A DNA stretch of 64,000 nucleotides from Phycisphaerales bacterium (GTDB lineage: Bacteria > Planctomycetota > Phycisphaerae > WQYP01): positions 118,226 through 182,225 of the forward strand of contig DAIDJN010000056.1 in assembly GCA_027451365.1 (NCBI GenBank), written 5' to 3'. The translations under genes and the position numbers were made by a program. Shown piece after piece: positions 38,664 through 48,202 of this stretch (position 1 is the stretch's first letter; every line of letters starts with the position of its first letter). The notes below the pieces were generated by a model. It was not told where the DNA came from and did not search any database. It was given only the letters and a program-made list of their open reading frames with translations.

Positions 38664-39659
38664 ATGAATGACCGAACGGCCTACGCACTCCACGCAATTT
38701 TGAACGACCATTACGAAATGGGTCGAATTTTACGATTCCGCCAGATTCGCAAGGGTACACAGGCGGAATGTTTCGAACTGCTGACCGCGGAACAGAATGA
38801 ATTCCTGTTGTTTTTGTATCCGTCTGATTTTTCGCGGCGAGCCTTGTGCGACGCGGCACCGGTGATGGACCGTCTGGCTTCCGGCGGTTTTCCGGTTTCC
38901 CGACCCGTGGCCAGTCGGGATGGGGATACCGCAGGACGAAATGTGTATGCCATTGAAGGTCCGCAAGGTTCCCATTTTTTTGTGACCACTCTTGCTCCAG
39001 GACAAATGGTCACCGCCGCGGACTGGTCAAGTCATGACCTTAGCAATCTGGGGTTGCGGCTGGGCTGGTTGCACCGGACCATGCGCGACGCCTTCAATGC
39101 CGATACCGCCGCGGCGGGTGAAAATTTGTCCCCGGCTCGTCGGCAGGCACCGGTTCTGCGGCTGGCGGCGGCCCTGGAAAACGCCTCACCGCGTGGTCAA
39201 CAGCTTCGTCAGATGCTTTCCGCCGCCGCGGTGGATCGTCTTTTGACCGATCTTGAAAAGTTGGAAAAGCTGCCAAATTCCGCTTTCGGCTATGTGCACG
39301 GCGCGATTTCACCCGAGGCGGTCCTTCTGGATCACGACCGGCATATTGCCAGCGTTGTGGACTGGGGAAATTTTTCCATTGGTCTGCCAGCGCAGGATGT
39401 GATCGACGCATTTGTGCACTGGTGCGTGCATAAAGATGGTGAAGTACGGGCCGAAGCGGCGCAAGCCCTGTTGCAGGCGTACATTTCTCTGGAAAAATTC
39501 CGCGGCGATCAATGGCATTCCGTGGTTATCGCGTGGTGTGCCCATCGGCTTTCGTCCGCCCTTTCTGGGCGCACCCATCTGCCCCGCGGTTTTGGGTCAA
39601 TTCTCGAAAATCCACATTCTCTTTCCGCCACCCTGACTATTTGCCAGAGCAAGCTATAA
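38664..39659 (+). CDS. APH/type II homoserine kinase-like phosphotransferase-fold protein, catalytically degenerate
   Basis: L...GFPVSRPV, LG..LG.LH, YVHGAISPEAVL (HGD replaced by HGA), VVDWG. Confidence 0.7.
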   Translation: MNDRTAYALHAILNDHYEMGRILRFRQIRKGTQAECFELLTAEQNEFLLFLYPSDFSRRALCDAAPVMDRLASGGFPVSRPVASRDGDTAGRNVYAIEGPQGSHFFVTTLAPGQMVTAADWSSHDLSNLGLRLGWLHRTMRDAFNADTAAAGENLSPARRQAPVLRLAAALENASPRGQQLRQMLSAAAVDRLLTDLEKLEKLPNSAFGYVHGAISPEAVLLDHDRHIASVVDWGNFSIGLPAQDVIDAFVHWCVHKDGEVRAEAAQALLQAYISLEKFRGDQWHSVVIAWCAHRLSSALSGRTHLPRGFGSILENPHSLSATLTICQSKL

Positions 39660-39811
39660 TCCATGGTCACATTGCGGCGTTGCGCAGGTCCGGTCGATTG
39701 GCAATGTCAGCCGTTGGCCGCCGTTGTGCCGCTGCCGCTTGAACCGCTGATGCGCCGGAATATCGCCCTGGAGTTCTGGGAGTCAGGAAATTCTTAGAAA
39801 AGCTGAGACTC

Positions 39812-40432
39812 ATGGCAGAAAATATGTCCAGCACGCCCGTCGGCAGCAATCCAGAAACATGGGTTGATCGTTATGGCGATATTCTATATCGCTTTGCCTG
39901 CCAACGGCTAAATGATACGGCCACTGCCGAAGAACTGGTGCAGGAAACCTTCCTTGCGGCATTCCGAACCCGCGCCGGCTTCCGCGGCCAGTCGGCCGAA
40001 TCGACCTGGCTTATGGGCATCCTGAAGCACAAAATTGTGGACCATCTGCGGAAATCGGGGCGCGAAAAATGCTTTTCTGATACGCCGGACGGAATCGTTG
40101 ATTCCCTATTCAAATCCATTGGCCATCGGAAACGGCGGCCGCCAGCCTGGAACGGTGACCCCGCCCAGCTTATGGAAAACGAACAGTTTTTACAGGCCCT
40201 GCAAAATTGCATGGACGGTCTGCCCGCGGTCCAGCGCCAATCATTTGTGCTGCGGACTGTGGACGAACAAGCCGCCGACGATGTCTGTAAGGAGCTGGGC
40301 GTTACGCCGACCAACCTATGGGTACTGCTGCACCGCGCCCGTTTGCGGTTGCGCGAATGCCTGGAAGGCAAAGGATTTGATCGGCCAAAGGTTCGCCGGA
40401 ATGTTTCGGAACCGGCCGGAGGCCAATCGTGA
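39812..40432 (+). CDS. ECF RNA polymerase sigma factor
   Basis: AEELVQETFLAA, F.G.S...TWLMGILKHKIVD, ELGVTPTNLWVLLHRARLRLRECL. Confidence 0.93.
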   Translation: MAENMSSTPVGSNPETWVDRYGDILYRFACQRLNDTATAEELVQETFLAAFRTRAGFRGQSAESTWLMGILKHKIVDHLRKSGREKCFSDTPDGIVDSLFKSIGHRKRRPPAWNGDPAQLMENEQFLQALQNCMDGLPAVQRQSFVLRTVDEQAADDVCKELGVTPTNLWVLLHRARLRLRECLEGKGFDRPKVRRNVSEPAGGQS

Positions 40433-40704
40433 CTCATATTCTGTCATGCAAACATTCGCTGGAGCTATCCGCCAAACAGACCGTCGCGGAACTCACGCGG
40501 GGCGAAAGGATATGGTTGCGCGTGCATCTGCTTGCCTGCGTTGCCTGCCGCCGCATTCGCAAACAAGTGGCCATTATTGAGCGCACACTGGTGCTGGCCC
40601 AGGATCGGGGCTTATGGCCGCCAAAAGCTGGTTCGATCTCACTTTCGGACACTTCCCGGCAGCGGATGAAGCTCGCCTTGGAACAGGCCGGAAAATCTGG
40701 TTGA
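40429..40704 (+). CDS. zf-HC2 zinc-binding anti-sigma factor
   Basis: LSC...HLLACVAC (HxxxCxxC); start overlaps the sigma factor stop (GTGA). Confidence 0.88.
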   Translation: MTHILSCKHSLELSAKQTVAELTRGERIWLRVHLLACVACRRIRKQVAIIERTLVLAQDRGLWPPKAGSISLSDTSRQRMKLALEQAGKSG

Positions 40705-40933
40705 CGCATACTGGTGATCTGTCATGCCCCACGGGCTTTACAGGTTTTCCAGATTTGTCCGATTGGACCGACGGGAAGCCCGTCGATTCCCGATAGCCAC
40801 GCGGTCTCGGAAAATAATTTCGTAAATCTGAAATTTGATCACTTCGCATCCCGGCGGCGTTGCGGTAAACTACAGGGCTTGCAAATTCGCGGATGGTTCG
40901 CGTTTGCATGGCTCTATCGTTCAGGAGTTGGTC

Positions 40934-42190
40934 ATGATTTCCCGGCGCAAGACCCGGCAGGTAAAAGTTGGCAATGTTCTTATCGGTGGCGACGCCCCGG
41001 TTGCTGTTCAATCGATGACCAGCGGCTACACGCACGATATTGATGGCTGCGTGCGCGAGATCAACAAGCTTGCCGCTGCCGGCGCTGACATTGTCCGCGT
41101 CGCCGTTCCGGAGCGCAAGGACACCGAAGCGCTGAAGGAAATTTTAAAACAGGTGAAAGTTCCTGTGGTGGCCGACGTTCATTTTCATTTCCAGCGGGCC
41201 ATGGAAGCCATAGAAGCCGGCGTGAGTAAAATTCGACTGAATCCCGGCAATATCAACGACCGTAAACAGGTGGAAGCGGTGATCGACGCCTGCAAAGAGC
41301 GCCAATTGCCCATTCGCATCGGTGTGAATGAAGGTTCCATTGTGGAACGCAAAGACAAACAGCGGCGGCTGAAAGAGCTTGGCGCGGTCTTCAGCGACAA
41401 TCGGCATGGCCAAATGCTGGCGATTATGATTTCTAAACTCGAAGAATACCTTGATATTTTCTACGAGCGCAATTTTTACGATATTGTCATTTCGGCCAAA
41501 TCGATTGATCCACTGCTGGTCATGGACGCCTATACGGAAATTTCCCGCCGGTTTGATCATCCCCTGCATCTGGGCGTCACCCATGCGGGGCCCAAGGAAA
41601 CCGGAACCATCCGCAGCGTCGTGCCTCTGGGCACTCTGCTGGCCAACGGCATAGGCGATACCATCCGCATCAGCTATGCCAACGACCCGATTTACGAAGT
41701 CCAGGATGGCCTGGAACTGCTTTATGTATTGGGTTTGCGCACCCGCAAAGGCGCGGAACTTATCGCCTGCCCGACCTGTGGCCGCATTCAGGTGGATCTG
41801 TTCACGCTGGTGCAGGATGTGAATCGCAAGCTTAAGGAACAAATCACACTGCCGATCAAGGTTGCCGTGATGGGTTGCGTGGTGAACGGGCCGGGCGAAT
41901 GCGAAGGCGCGGATGTGGCCATTTTTGCCGGCGACAAGCGCGGCATCATTTATGTGCAGGGCGAAAAGGTGGCCAATGTCCCGGAAGAAAAAATTCTCGA
42001 CGCTCTGCTTGAACAATGCTCCAAGTTTCAGGACAAAGTTCTGCGCGGTGAGGCCCGCCTTGGCGAAAAAGTGGTCGATATTCTTCCGCCGGACCCCATT
42101 GGCGAAATAGGATCCGGCTACGCAAAAATCGCCGCAGAAAAGTCGCCCCAGAAAAATGCCGGTGTGGCGCTTCCGCTGGCGCCGCGCTGA
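40934..42190 (+). CDS. ispG: (E)-4-hydroxy-3-methylbut-2-enyl-diphosphate synthase
   Basis: VQSMT, VADVHF, RLNPGNI, HLGVTHAG, GDTIRIS, IACPTCGR, AVMGCVVNGPGE; AGGAG RBS. Confidence 0.97.
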   Translation: MISRRKTRQVKVGNVLIGGDAPVAVQSMTSGYTHDIDGCVREINKLAAAGADIVRVAVPERKDTEALKEILKQVKVPVVADVHFHFQRAMEAIEAGVSKIRLNPGNINDRKQVEAVIDACKERQLPIRIGVNEGSIVERKDKQRRLKELGAVFSDNRHGQMLAIMISKLEEYLDIFYERNFYDIVISAKSIDPLLVMDAYTEISRRFDHPLHLGVTHAGPKETGTIRSVVPLGTLLANGIGDTIRISYANDPIYEVQDGLELLYVLGLRTRKGAELIACPTCGRIQVDLFTLVQDVNRKLKEQITLPIKVAVMGCVVNGPGECEGADVAIFAGDKRGIIYVQGEKVANVPEEKILDALLEQCSKFQDKVLRGEARLGEKVVDILPPDPIGEIGSGYAKIAAEKSPQKNAGVALPLAPR

Positions 42191-42286
42191 CGCGGCACGT
42201 GCTTCCTGGCGAGGCAAGCCTTGTTTATGGCGGCCGAAGTGCTCTGATAAAATCCAGATCCTCAGGTCATGGGATGAAACCAATAC

Positions 42287-43735
42287 ATGTTTGACAGCCT
42301 TTCCGATAAATTTTCGACACTGTTCCGCAATCTTTCCGGTCGAGGCAAGATAACGGAAGCCAATGTCCGCCAGGCCATGGAAGAAGTGCGCACCGCTCTT
42401 CTGGAAGCCGATGTACATGTGGAGGTGGTGGAAAATTTCTGCCGCCGAGTGACTGAACAGGCCGTCGGAACAGAGGTTCTTTCATCTGTTGAGCCTGGCC
42501 AGCAGATGATAAAAATCGTGTTCGATCAGCTCGTGGAACTGATGGGACCGGTTGATTCGAGCATCTTTTACGTTGACCCGCCACCCACCATCATCATGAT
42601 GTGCGGACTTCAGGGGTCCGGCAAAACCACAACCTGCGGCAAACTGGCGATGTACCTGAAAAGCAAAGGAAAAAATCCGCTTCTGGTGGCGGCGGATACC
42701 CAGCGTCCGGCCGCGATCGATCAGCTTGCCACACTCGCCGGTCAGGTCGGTGTGCCGATTTACCGCGAGGAACCCGGTAATTCGCCGGTGCAGATTTGCC
42801 GCCGATCCATCGACTTTGCCCGCGGCAATGGCCGGGATGTGGTCATTCTGGATACCGCTGGCCGATTGCATATTGATGACGCGCTGATGGGCGAGCTTCG
42901 CCAGATCAATCTTTCGGTCAAGCCGCACCAGATTTTTCTGGTGGTGGATGCAATGGTCGGCCAGGATGCGGTCATTTCCGCGCGGGCTTTTAACAGCCAG
43001 CTTGAACTTGACGGCGTGATCCTGACCAAGTTCGATTCCGACACTCGCGGCGGCGCGGCCCTGAGCGTGAAGACTATCACCGGCAAGCCGATTAAATTTC
43101 TGGGTGTGGGCGAAAAGCTGACCATGTTGGAGGAATTCCATCCAGACCGCATCGCACAGCGCATGCTGGGAATGGGCGATGTGCTGACGCTGGTGGAAAA
43201 AGCCCAGCAGCAGTTTGACGCCCAGGAAGCCGCCAAAATGCAGGACAAAATCTCCAAGGCGACATTCACCTTGGATGATTTTCTGGGGCAGATGCGGTCT
43301 TTCCGGAAAATGGGACCAATGAAGCAATTGCTCGGTCTGCTGCCCGGTGTCGGATCGGCGCTTAAGGATGTGGATCTGCCTGAAGAGGAACTTGACCGCA
43401 CCGAAGCCATTATTCAAAGCATGACCCGCCGCGAGCGGGAATTGCCTGATAATATTGATGGTTCACGCCGCCGGCGCATTGCCGCCGGTTCTGGAACCGA
43501 CCCGCAGGATGTATCCCGGCTGATCAAGGGGTTCATGACCGCGCGGTCTGTGGCGCGAAAATTAAGCACCATGTCCACTGGTCAGCGAATGGCCATGATG
43601 CGCGGCATGGGTGATGGGGGCATTCCCGGCATGACCGGCATGGGATCCATGGGCGACGCGAGTCCGGGCAAAGTGCACCGCCTGTCTCCTGAACAAAAGC
43701 GAAAACTTCGCGACAAACGCCGCCGTGGGAAATAG
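42287..43735 (+). CDS. ffh: Signal recognition particle protein
   Basis: GLQGSGKTT, DTAGR, TKFDSDTRGG, FHPDRIA, LGMGD, IIQSMT, Met-rich M domain. Confidence 0.98.
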   Translation: MFDSLSDKFSTLFRNLSGRGKITEANVRQAMEEVRTALLEADVHVEVVENFCRRVTEQAVGTEVLSSVEPGQQMIKIVFDQLVELMGPVDSSIFYVDPPPTIIMMCGLQGSGKTTTCGKLAMYLKSKGKNPLLVAADTQRPAAIDQLATLAGQVGVPIYREEPGNSPVQICRRSIDFARGNGRDVVILDTAGRLHIDDALMGELRQINLSVKPHQIFLVVDAMVGQDAVISARAFNSQLELDGVILTKFDSDTRGGAALSVKTITGKPIKFLGVGEKLTMLEEFHPDRIAQRMLGMGDVLTLVEKAQQQFDAQEAAKMQDKISKATFTLDDFLGQMRSFRKMGPMKQLLGLLPGVGSALKDVDLPEEELDRTEAIIQSMTRRERELPDNIDGSRRRRIAAGSGTDPQDVSRLIKGFMTARSVARKLSTMSTGQRMAMMRGMGDGGIPGMTGMGSMGDASPGKVHRLSPEQKRKLRDKRRRGK

Positions 43736-43742
43736 ACACGAG

Positions 43743-45773
43743 TTATGTCGCGCCGCCTTCGCGCGTAAAGCGTTGTTCCAACGGTTTGCGGACTTCAGCG
43801 TCTGGTGCCCCCGAACTGGAATATTCCAGAGCTTTGGAATTTTTATAAACGCGCGACTCAATGCGTTCCAACCATTGTCTTGCTCTGATATGCCGGGGCT
43901 GAAAATGCAGACACGTTTCCAGTGCCTGCACGGCACGCTCAAATTTATTCAAACGAATCAAGGCCAGCCCCAGATCGAAGTGGGCCGCAGGGAAGCAGTG
44001 CATCAAACCCACCGCACGCAATGCGGATTCGGCCGCCGCGTGCCAGCGCCGCATCGCCAGACAGCAGCGAGCCATACCCTCGTGTGCAATCGGGCTGTCA
44101 CCATCAATATCCAGAGCCTTGGAAAAAGCCCGCCTCGCCGAACGCCACATCCGGCGTTTCGCGTAGGCAGCCCCCAGGGCGCAGTGCAGGCCCGGCAGAC
44201 GGGGATTTGATTTTTCAGCAATTCGAAGATGGTCCAGCGCCCTGGCGGGCCGCCCTTCCGCGAACAAAAGGGAACCGAGCAACATGTGGGCCGCCGGGCT
44301 GGAGGCGTGGCCCTCAATCAGAGCCTCGACAATTGGCCGGGCGGCAGCATTTCGCCCCAGACGCTGGAGGCATTGCGCCAGCAGCAGTCGAATCCGCGGG
44401 CGATCTGGAATTTCCGCCGCAAGCTTTTCCAGCAAAGGCATCGCAGCCGCCGGATTTCCGGCCGCCATATGTGTGATGGCCAGATTATACTGAATTTCCT
44501 GCGCGGCAATTTTTACGGCTTTGGCCTGGTCGTCGTCAAGCGGGGCCAGATAACCCAACGCCACCAACTGATCCACAGCCTCCTGCGCCTCCAGCGGATC
44601 GCGCCTCCGGTCGGCCGGGTGCAGGCCCGCGTCACCAGGAACAGATTCCCATGATTCAATACGATCTATGGTCGGCAGGGAATCAAAGGCCTGGCCCAAC
44701 ACTTTACCGTCCATATCCCGCCCTATAGGCAAACCGAAAAGCGTCAGAATGGTGGGCGCAATATCCAGAATTCCCGCCCCATAAATTCTCTCATCTTTTT
44801 TTATACCGGGGCCCGCCAGACAGAACATGCCAAATGGCCTGTGGCAGACCGTCGGTCCGGAAGGCTCATCGGGGATTCCTCGAGGCCGCAGATGGTCGCT
44901 GTGGAAGCCGTGATCCGAGACCACCATAATATGGGCGTCCGGTCCAGCCAGACCGATCAGTCGGGCCAGCATCATGTCGTGAAACTGATAGGCTCTTTCC
45001 ACGACATGACGATACAACTGAAAATCATGGTCGGCCACCTCCTCGAGTTTCGGCGGATGAAAGGGCATGAACGCGTGCGATAAATGATCAATCGCATCGA
45101 AATAAACGGCAGAAAACTCCCACTCCTGATTTTCCATCAGCCAGGTTGCGGCGGCCTGCACACTGATGCTTTCCGCCAGCATCCGTGCCAGTGTCGAAAG
45201 ATGTTTATCGGAAGACTGGTCGACTTCCGCGGCGCGGGGCACGAACGGAAGGATCATCTCCGGATCAATTTCGCCCGGGTGCACGCGCAAGCCGGCCAAA
45301 TGTTGCTCCAGTTCCGGAGGAAACAGAGTCCCCGGCTTTATCGGCCAGGGCTGCCCAAGCGGGGCCGATGCCTTCTGGAACATTTCACTGACGCATGATC
45401 CGCGGATGGGTTCGGCCGGGTGGCCCGCATACCAGCCCACGACCTGCGAATTCAGCCCGCACTGTGAAAGCATATTCCATAACGCCTTGCACCGCCGCGA
45501 CGTACTGGTAAAAGGGCGAATATGGCGGTTATCCGGATCCGGTTCAACAAAGCCCAAAATGCCATGCTTGTCCGGACGTTTGCCGGTCGCGATCGAATTC
45601 CAGAGCATGGGCGAAATAATCGGTTCCATGCTGGCCAGATTGCCCATGACTCCACGACCGATCAGTTGATTAAGCGCCGGCATGGCTCCGCGGTCCAGCA
45701 ATGGATTCATCACCTGCCAGTCGGCGGAATCCCAGCCCACAAAAAGAACTTTGCGTGCGATGCGTGTGGCCAT
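43743..45773 (-). CDS. Alkaline-phosphatase-superfamily (type I phosphodiesterase/nucleotide pyrophosphatase-like) protein with C-terminal TPR repeats
   Basis: GWDSADW, SPMLWNSIATG, DHLSH, SDHGF, LVALGY, then several TPR-like helical repeats; no signal peptide. Confidence 0.88.
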   Translation of the reverse strand: MATRIARKVLFVGWDSADWQVMNPLLDRGAMPALNQLIGRGVMGNLASMEPIISPMLWNSIATGKRPDKHGILGFVEPDPDNRHIRPFTSTSRRCKALWNMLSQCGLNSQVVGWYAGHPAEPIRGSCVSEMFQKASAPLGQPWPIKPGTLFPPELEQHLAGLRVHPGEIDPEMILPFVPRAAEVDQSSDKHLSTLARMLAESISVQAAATWLMENQEWEFSAVYFDAIDHLSHAFMPFHPPKLEEVADHDFQLYRHVVERAYQFHDMMLARLIGLAGPDAHIMVVSDHGFHSDHLRPRGIPDEPSGPTVCHRPFGMFCLAGPGIKKDERIYGAGILDIAPTILTLFGLPIGRDMDGKVLGQAFDSLPTIDRIESWESVPGDAGLHPADRRRDPLEAQEAVDQLVALGYLAPLDDDQAKAVKIAAQEIQYNLAITHMAAGNPAAAMPLLEKLAAEIPDRPRIRLLLAQCLQRLGRNAAARPIVEALIEGHASSPAAHMLLGSLLFAEGRPARALDHLRIAEKSNPRLPGLHCALGAAYAKRRMWRSARRAFSKALDIDGDSPIAHEGMARCCLAMRRWHAAAESALRAVGLMHCFPAAHFDLGLALIRLNKFERAVQALETCLHFQPRHIRARQWLERIESRVYKNSKALEYSSSGAPDAEVRKPLEQRFTREGGAT

Positions 45774-46013
45774 GAAACCGCCCCTGCTGTCTTCAATCAA
45801 TCATCCGCTGGCCGCCGACCAAATCGGAAGGCACCTGACCGCATCGGACAATACCTGTTCATTATTCAGGCTGCGCAAAGATCGTGTTAATCCGACATGA
45901 GAAATCACTGGCAGAGCCAGCAAGCGCTCAGAATTGTGGCCGATGCTGTTGATCTGTTAACCCGGCGCTTCTGCGTCTTTAACCAAACATTCTGACAATA
46001 TTTTCAAACTCTT

Positions 46014-46040
46014 TAAATGAACTCAACACGCCGCCGATAA
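46014..46040 (+). promoter_or_regulatory. Sigma-28 (FliA/SigD)-type promoter TAAA-N15-GCCGATAA
   Basis: Exact consensus match (TAAA 46014-46017, 15-nt spacer, GCCGATAA 46033-46040), intergenic, 110 bp upstream of ATG 46151. Confidence 0.75.
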
Positions 46041-46150
46041 CATTTCAAGTGTCGATTGCGGGCGCACCGCGGTACGTTGCGTCGCGATCGAAAGCGGATA
46101 GGACCGCTGCGGAAGATCACGCGGTCAGGCTTTAACAGGAGAACAGCGTC

Positions 46151-47287
46151 ATGAGATTCAATCCATCGGTGAAATTAAAAAAAGACGACGTGCGGGTTTC
46201 GTCGGCCATCGTCGGCATCGCCGCCGGATGCGCCTTTATCGGTATCGGCGTGCCGACCTGCCGCGCGACCATTCTTTCCCCGCAGCATGTGGTGGTGGTC
46301 ATTGAGGAAAATCATTCCTACAGCCAGATTATCGGCGATGTCACGGATGCGCCGTACATCAATAATACGCTTGTTGGACAGGGCGGTCTGCTTTATAGCG
46401 GATCTTATTCGCCGGAACATCCGAGCCAGCCTAATTATCTGGACCTTTTTTCGGGCAGCAACCAGGGCATCACGGGCGATTATCTTCCGTCCGCACCACA
46501 ATACACCGAACCGCTGGCGAACGCTGCGAATCTTGGCGCGCAGCTGCTTAATTCCGGTCATACGTTTCACGAATACAATCAAAGCTATTCGCCAATTGAC
46601 AACACGTCCAGCTATAATCAGGCGAGCTACAACGCCTATAGCGGCATCAGCGGTGCAACATCCGCGCAATTAAGCGACACTTATGTCCGCAAGCACAACG
46701 CGGTAGTGAATTGGGTTAATCCGAATCTGACGGCGGTATCCGGCAATCTGCTGCCGCTATCAACCATGAGTGGCTTTAGCGAATTTCCCACCACCGCCAG
46801 CGGCTATGCCAGCCTGCCCACGGTGTCGTTTGTGATTCCCAACCTTGAAAATGACATGCACAACGGCAGTATTGCGACCGGGGATGCCTGGCTGCAACAA
46901 AATCTGAGCGGTTATCTTCAATGGGCCAAAACCAACGACAGCCTGCTTCTGGTCACCTGGGATGAAAACAACTATACCCTGCCGGACAGCAACCATATCG
47001 CCACCATCATTAATGGCGATCCATCGCTTTTTGTCGCTGGTAATTCTCAACAGGTCTTCAACAGCTACAGCGTATTAAGGACACTGGAGGACATGTACGG
47101 TCTGGGCTATGCCGGCAATGCCTCAACTTCGCCAGACCTGGCAACCAATGCCGCAGGCCAGTTGATCGCAACGCCCGAACCCGCGTCGCTGGCAATCTGC
47201 CTGATCGGCATGATTGCGATTTTTCTTCCAGTGCGCCGCCAGAGCAACTCGCCGCGTCAAGCCGCGAAATCCGCGCTGTTATCGTAA
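46151..47287 (+). CDS. PEP-CTERM-anchored acid phosphatase (phosphoesterase family, SapM-like)
   Basis: HVVVVIEENHSY, HPSQPNYL.LFSGS, YVRKHN, NDMHNGS, TWDE, YSVLRTLEDMYGL; TPEPASLA tail; AGGAG RBS. Confidence 0.9.
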   Translation: MRFNPSVKLKKDDVRVSSAIVGIAAGCAFIGIGVPTCRATILSPQHVVVVIEENHSYSQIIGDVTDAPYINNTLVGQGGLLYSGSYSPEHPSQPNYLDLFSGSNQGITGDYLPSAPQYTEPLANAANLGAQLLNSGHTFHEYNQSYSPIDNTSSYNQASYNAYSGISGATSAQLSDTYVRKHNAVVNWVNPNLTAVSGNLLPLSTMSGFSEFPTTASGYASLPTVSFVIPNLENDMHNGSIATGDAWLQQNLSGYLQWAKTNDSLLLVTWDENNYTLPDSNHIATIINGDPSLFVAGNSQQVFNSYSVLRTLEDMYGLGYAGNASTSPDLATNAAGQLIATPEPASLAICLIGMIAIFLPVRRQSNSPRQAAKSALLS

Positions 47288-47323
47288 TGTCGTTCCAGTT
47301 AGCCATTTATCAGGAGATTGTTC

Positions 47324-48073
47324 ATGAATAAGACACACAAAAGTCAAGCGGCGCAGCGCCGCAAAGCCCACAACGCCCAATCCATCGGATTGGACGCAAG
47401 ACTGACAGCCTACGCCGCCGCCGGCATTTCCATGCTCGCCGCAGGGGCGGCACACGGCAATCCGCAATATACATACCTGGCCGCCCCTATGACGACGCTT
47501 ACGCCGGGCGGCGAAGCATTCATCAACTACGGCGGAAAGGCCGCCTTTCTCGGCATGATGACTTCGCTCAACCGAATCAGCGGCGACGCAAGCGTCACTT
47601 TTTCCGGCATGACGCCGGGCATTGATACCGTGACTGTGGCCGCATCTGCCCATGGTGGCGCAACGTCTACACTGGAATTCCTTGCAAAGGGAACTGAAGT
47701 GGGCGGCACGGGCAACACTTTTGTGTTTGGCAGCGGCGGCTACAACAGTACCAATGTGGTCAAGGCGGGCAACCATGAAATTCTGTATACTGGTTTGCGT
47801 GCGGCAGACAACGGAAAGGATTTTTACGGCTGGGCCGCGTTTTCGTTCAACACCACCACCGAGCCGGCCACCAATCTTGTTGACTTTAACAGCAAGCTGC
47901 TTGGCTACGCATTTGAATCATCGCCGAATACACCAATCGCCGTTGGCGACACCGGCGGATCTCCCCTTGTTCCAAGCGCCGCATCGACGCCCGAACCGGC
48001 ATCGCTGGTTCTAATGGCCATGGGCGCCGTTGGCATATTGGCTTGGCGAAAACGCCAGGTCGTTGCAAAATGA
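47324..48073 (+). CDS. PEP-CTERM protein with long basic N-terminal leader
   Basis: Leader ...LDARLTAYAAAG; FYGW...GYAFESSPNTPIAVG; TPEPASLVLMAMGAVGILAWRKR; AGGAG RBS. Confidence 0.9.
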   Translation: MNKTHKSQAAQRRKAHNAQSIGLDARLTAYAAAGISMLAAGAAHGNPQYTYLAAPMTTLTPGGEAFINYGGKAAFLGMMTSLNRISGDASVTFSGMTPGIDTVTVAASAHGGATSTLEFLAKGTEVGGTGNTFVFGSGGYNSTNVVKAGNHEILYTGLRAADNGKDFYGWAAFSFNTTTEPATNLVDFNSKLLGYAFESSPNTPIAVGDTGGSPLVPSAASTPEPASLVLMAMGAVGILAWRKRQVVAK

Positions 48074-48113
48074 TCCCGGTAATTCATCCGTGCCCGCAAG
48101 CGAAGCAAAGATC

Positions 48114-48149
48114 GACCGCCCCTTTGACGGCGGCGGTCCATTTATTTTC
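48114..48149 (+). terminator. Possible terminator/attenuator hairpin between the PEP-CTERM gene and the sulfotransferase
   Basis: GACCGCC...GGCGGTC stem followed by ATTTATTTT. Confidence 0.5.
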
Positions 48150-48202
48150 AGCCGTTGCGATGTCCCTCGATCCGATTTTCCCGGGTGTTCAACGGATATT
48201 TG

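Noticed and set aside
41144..42418. Long antisense ORFs (this one, and 23038-24207, 24448-25410, 26916-28175, 34408-35646, 42482-43417)
   Set aside because: They lie opposite well-supported genes, have no recognisable motifs, and are expected shadows in GC-rich coding DNA.
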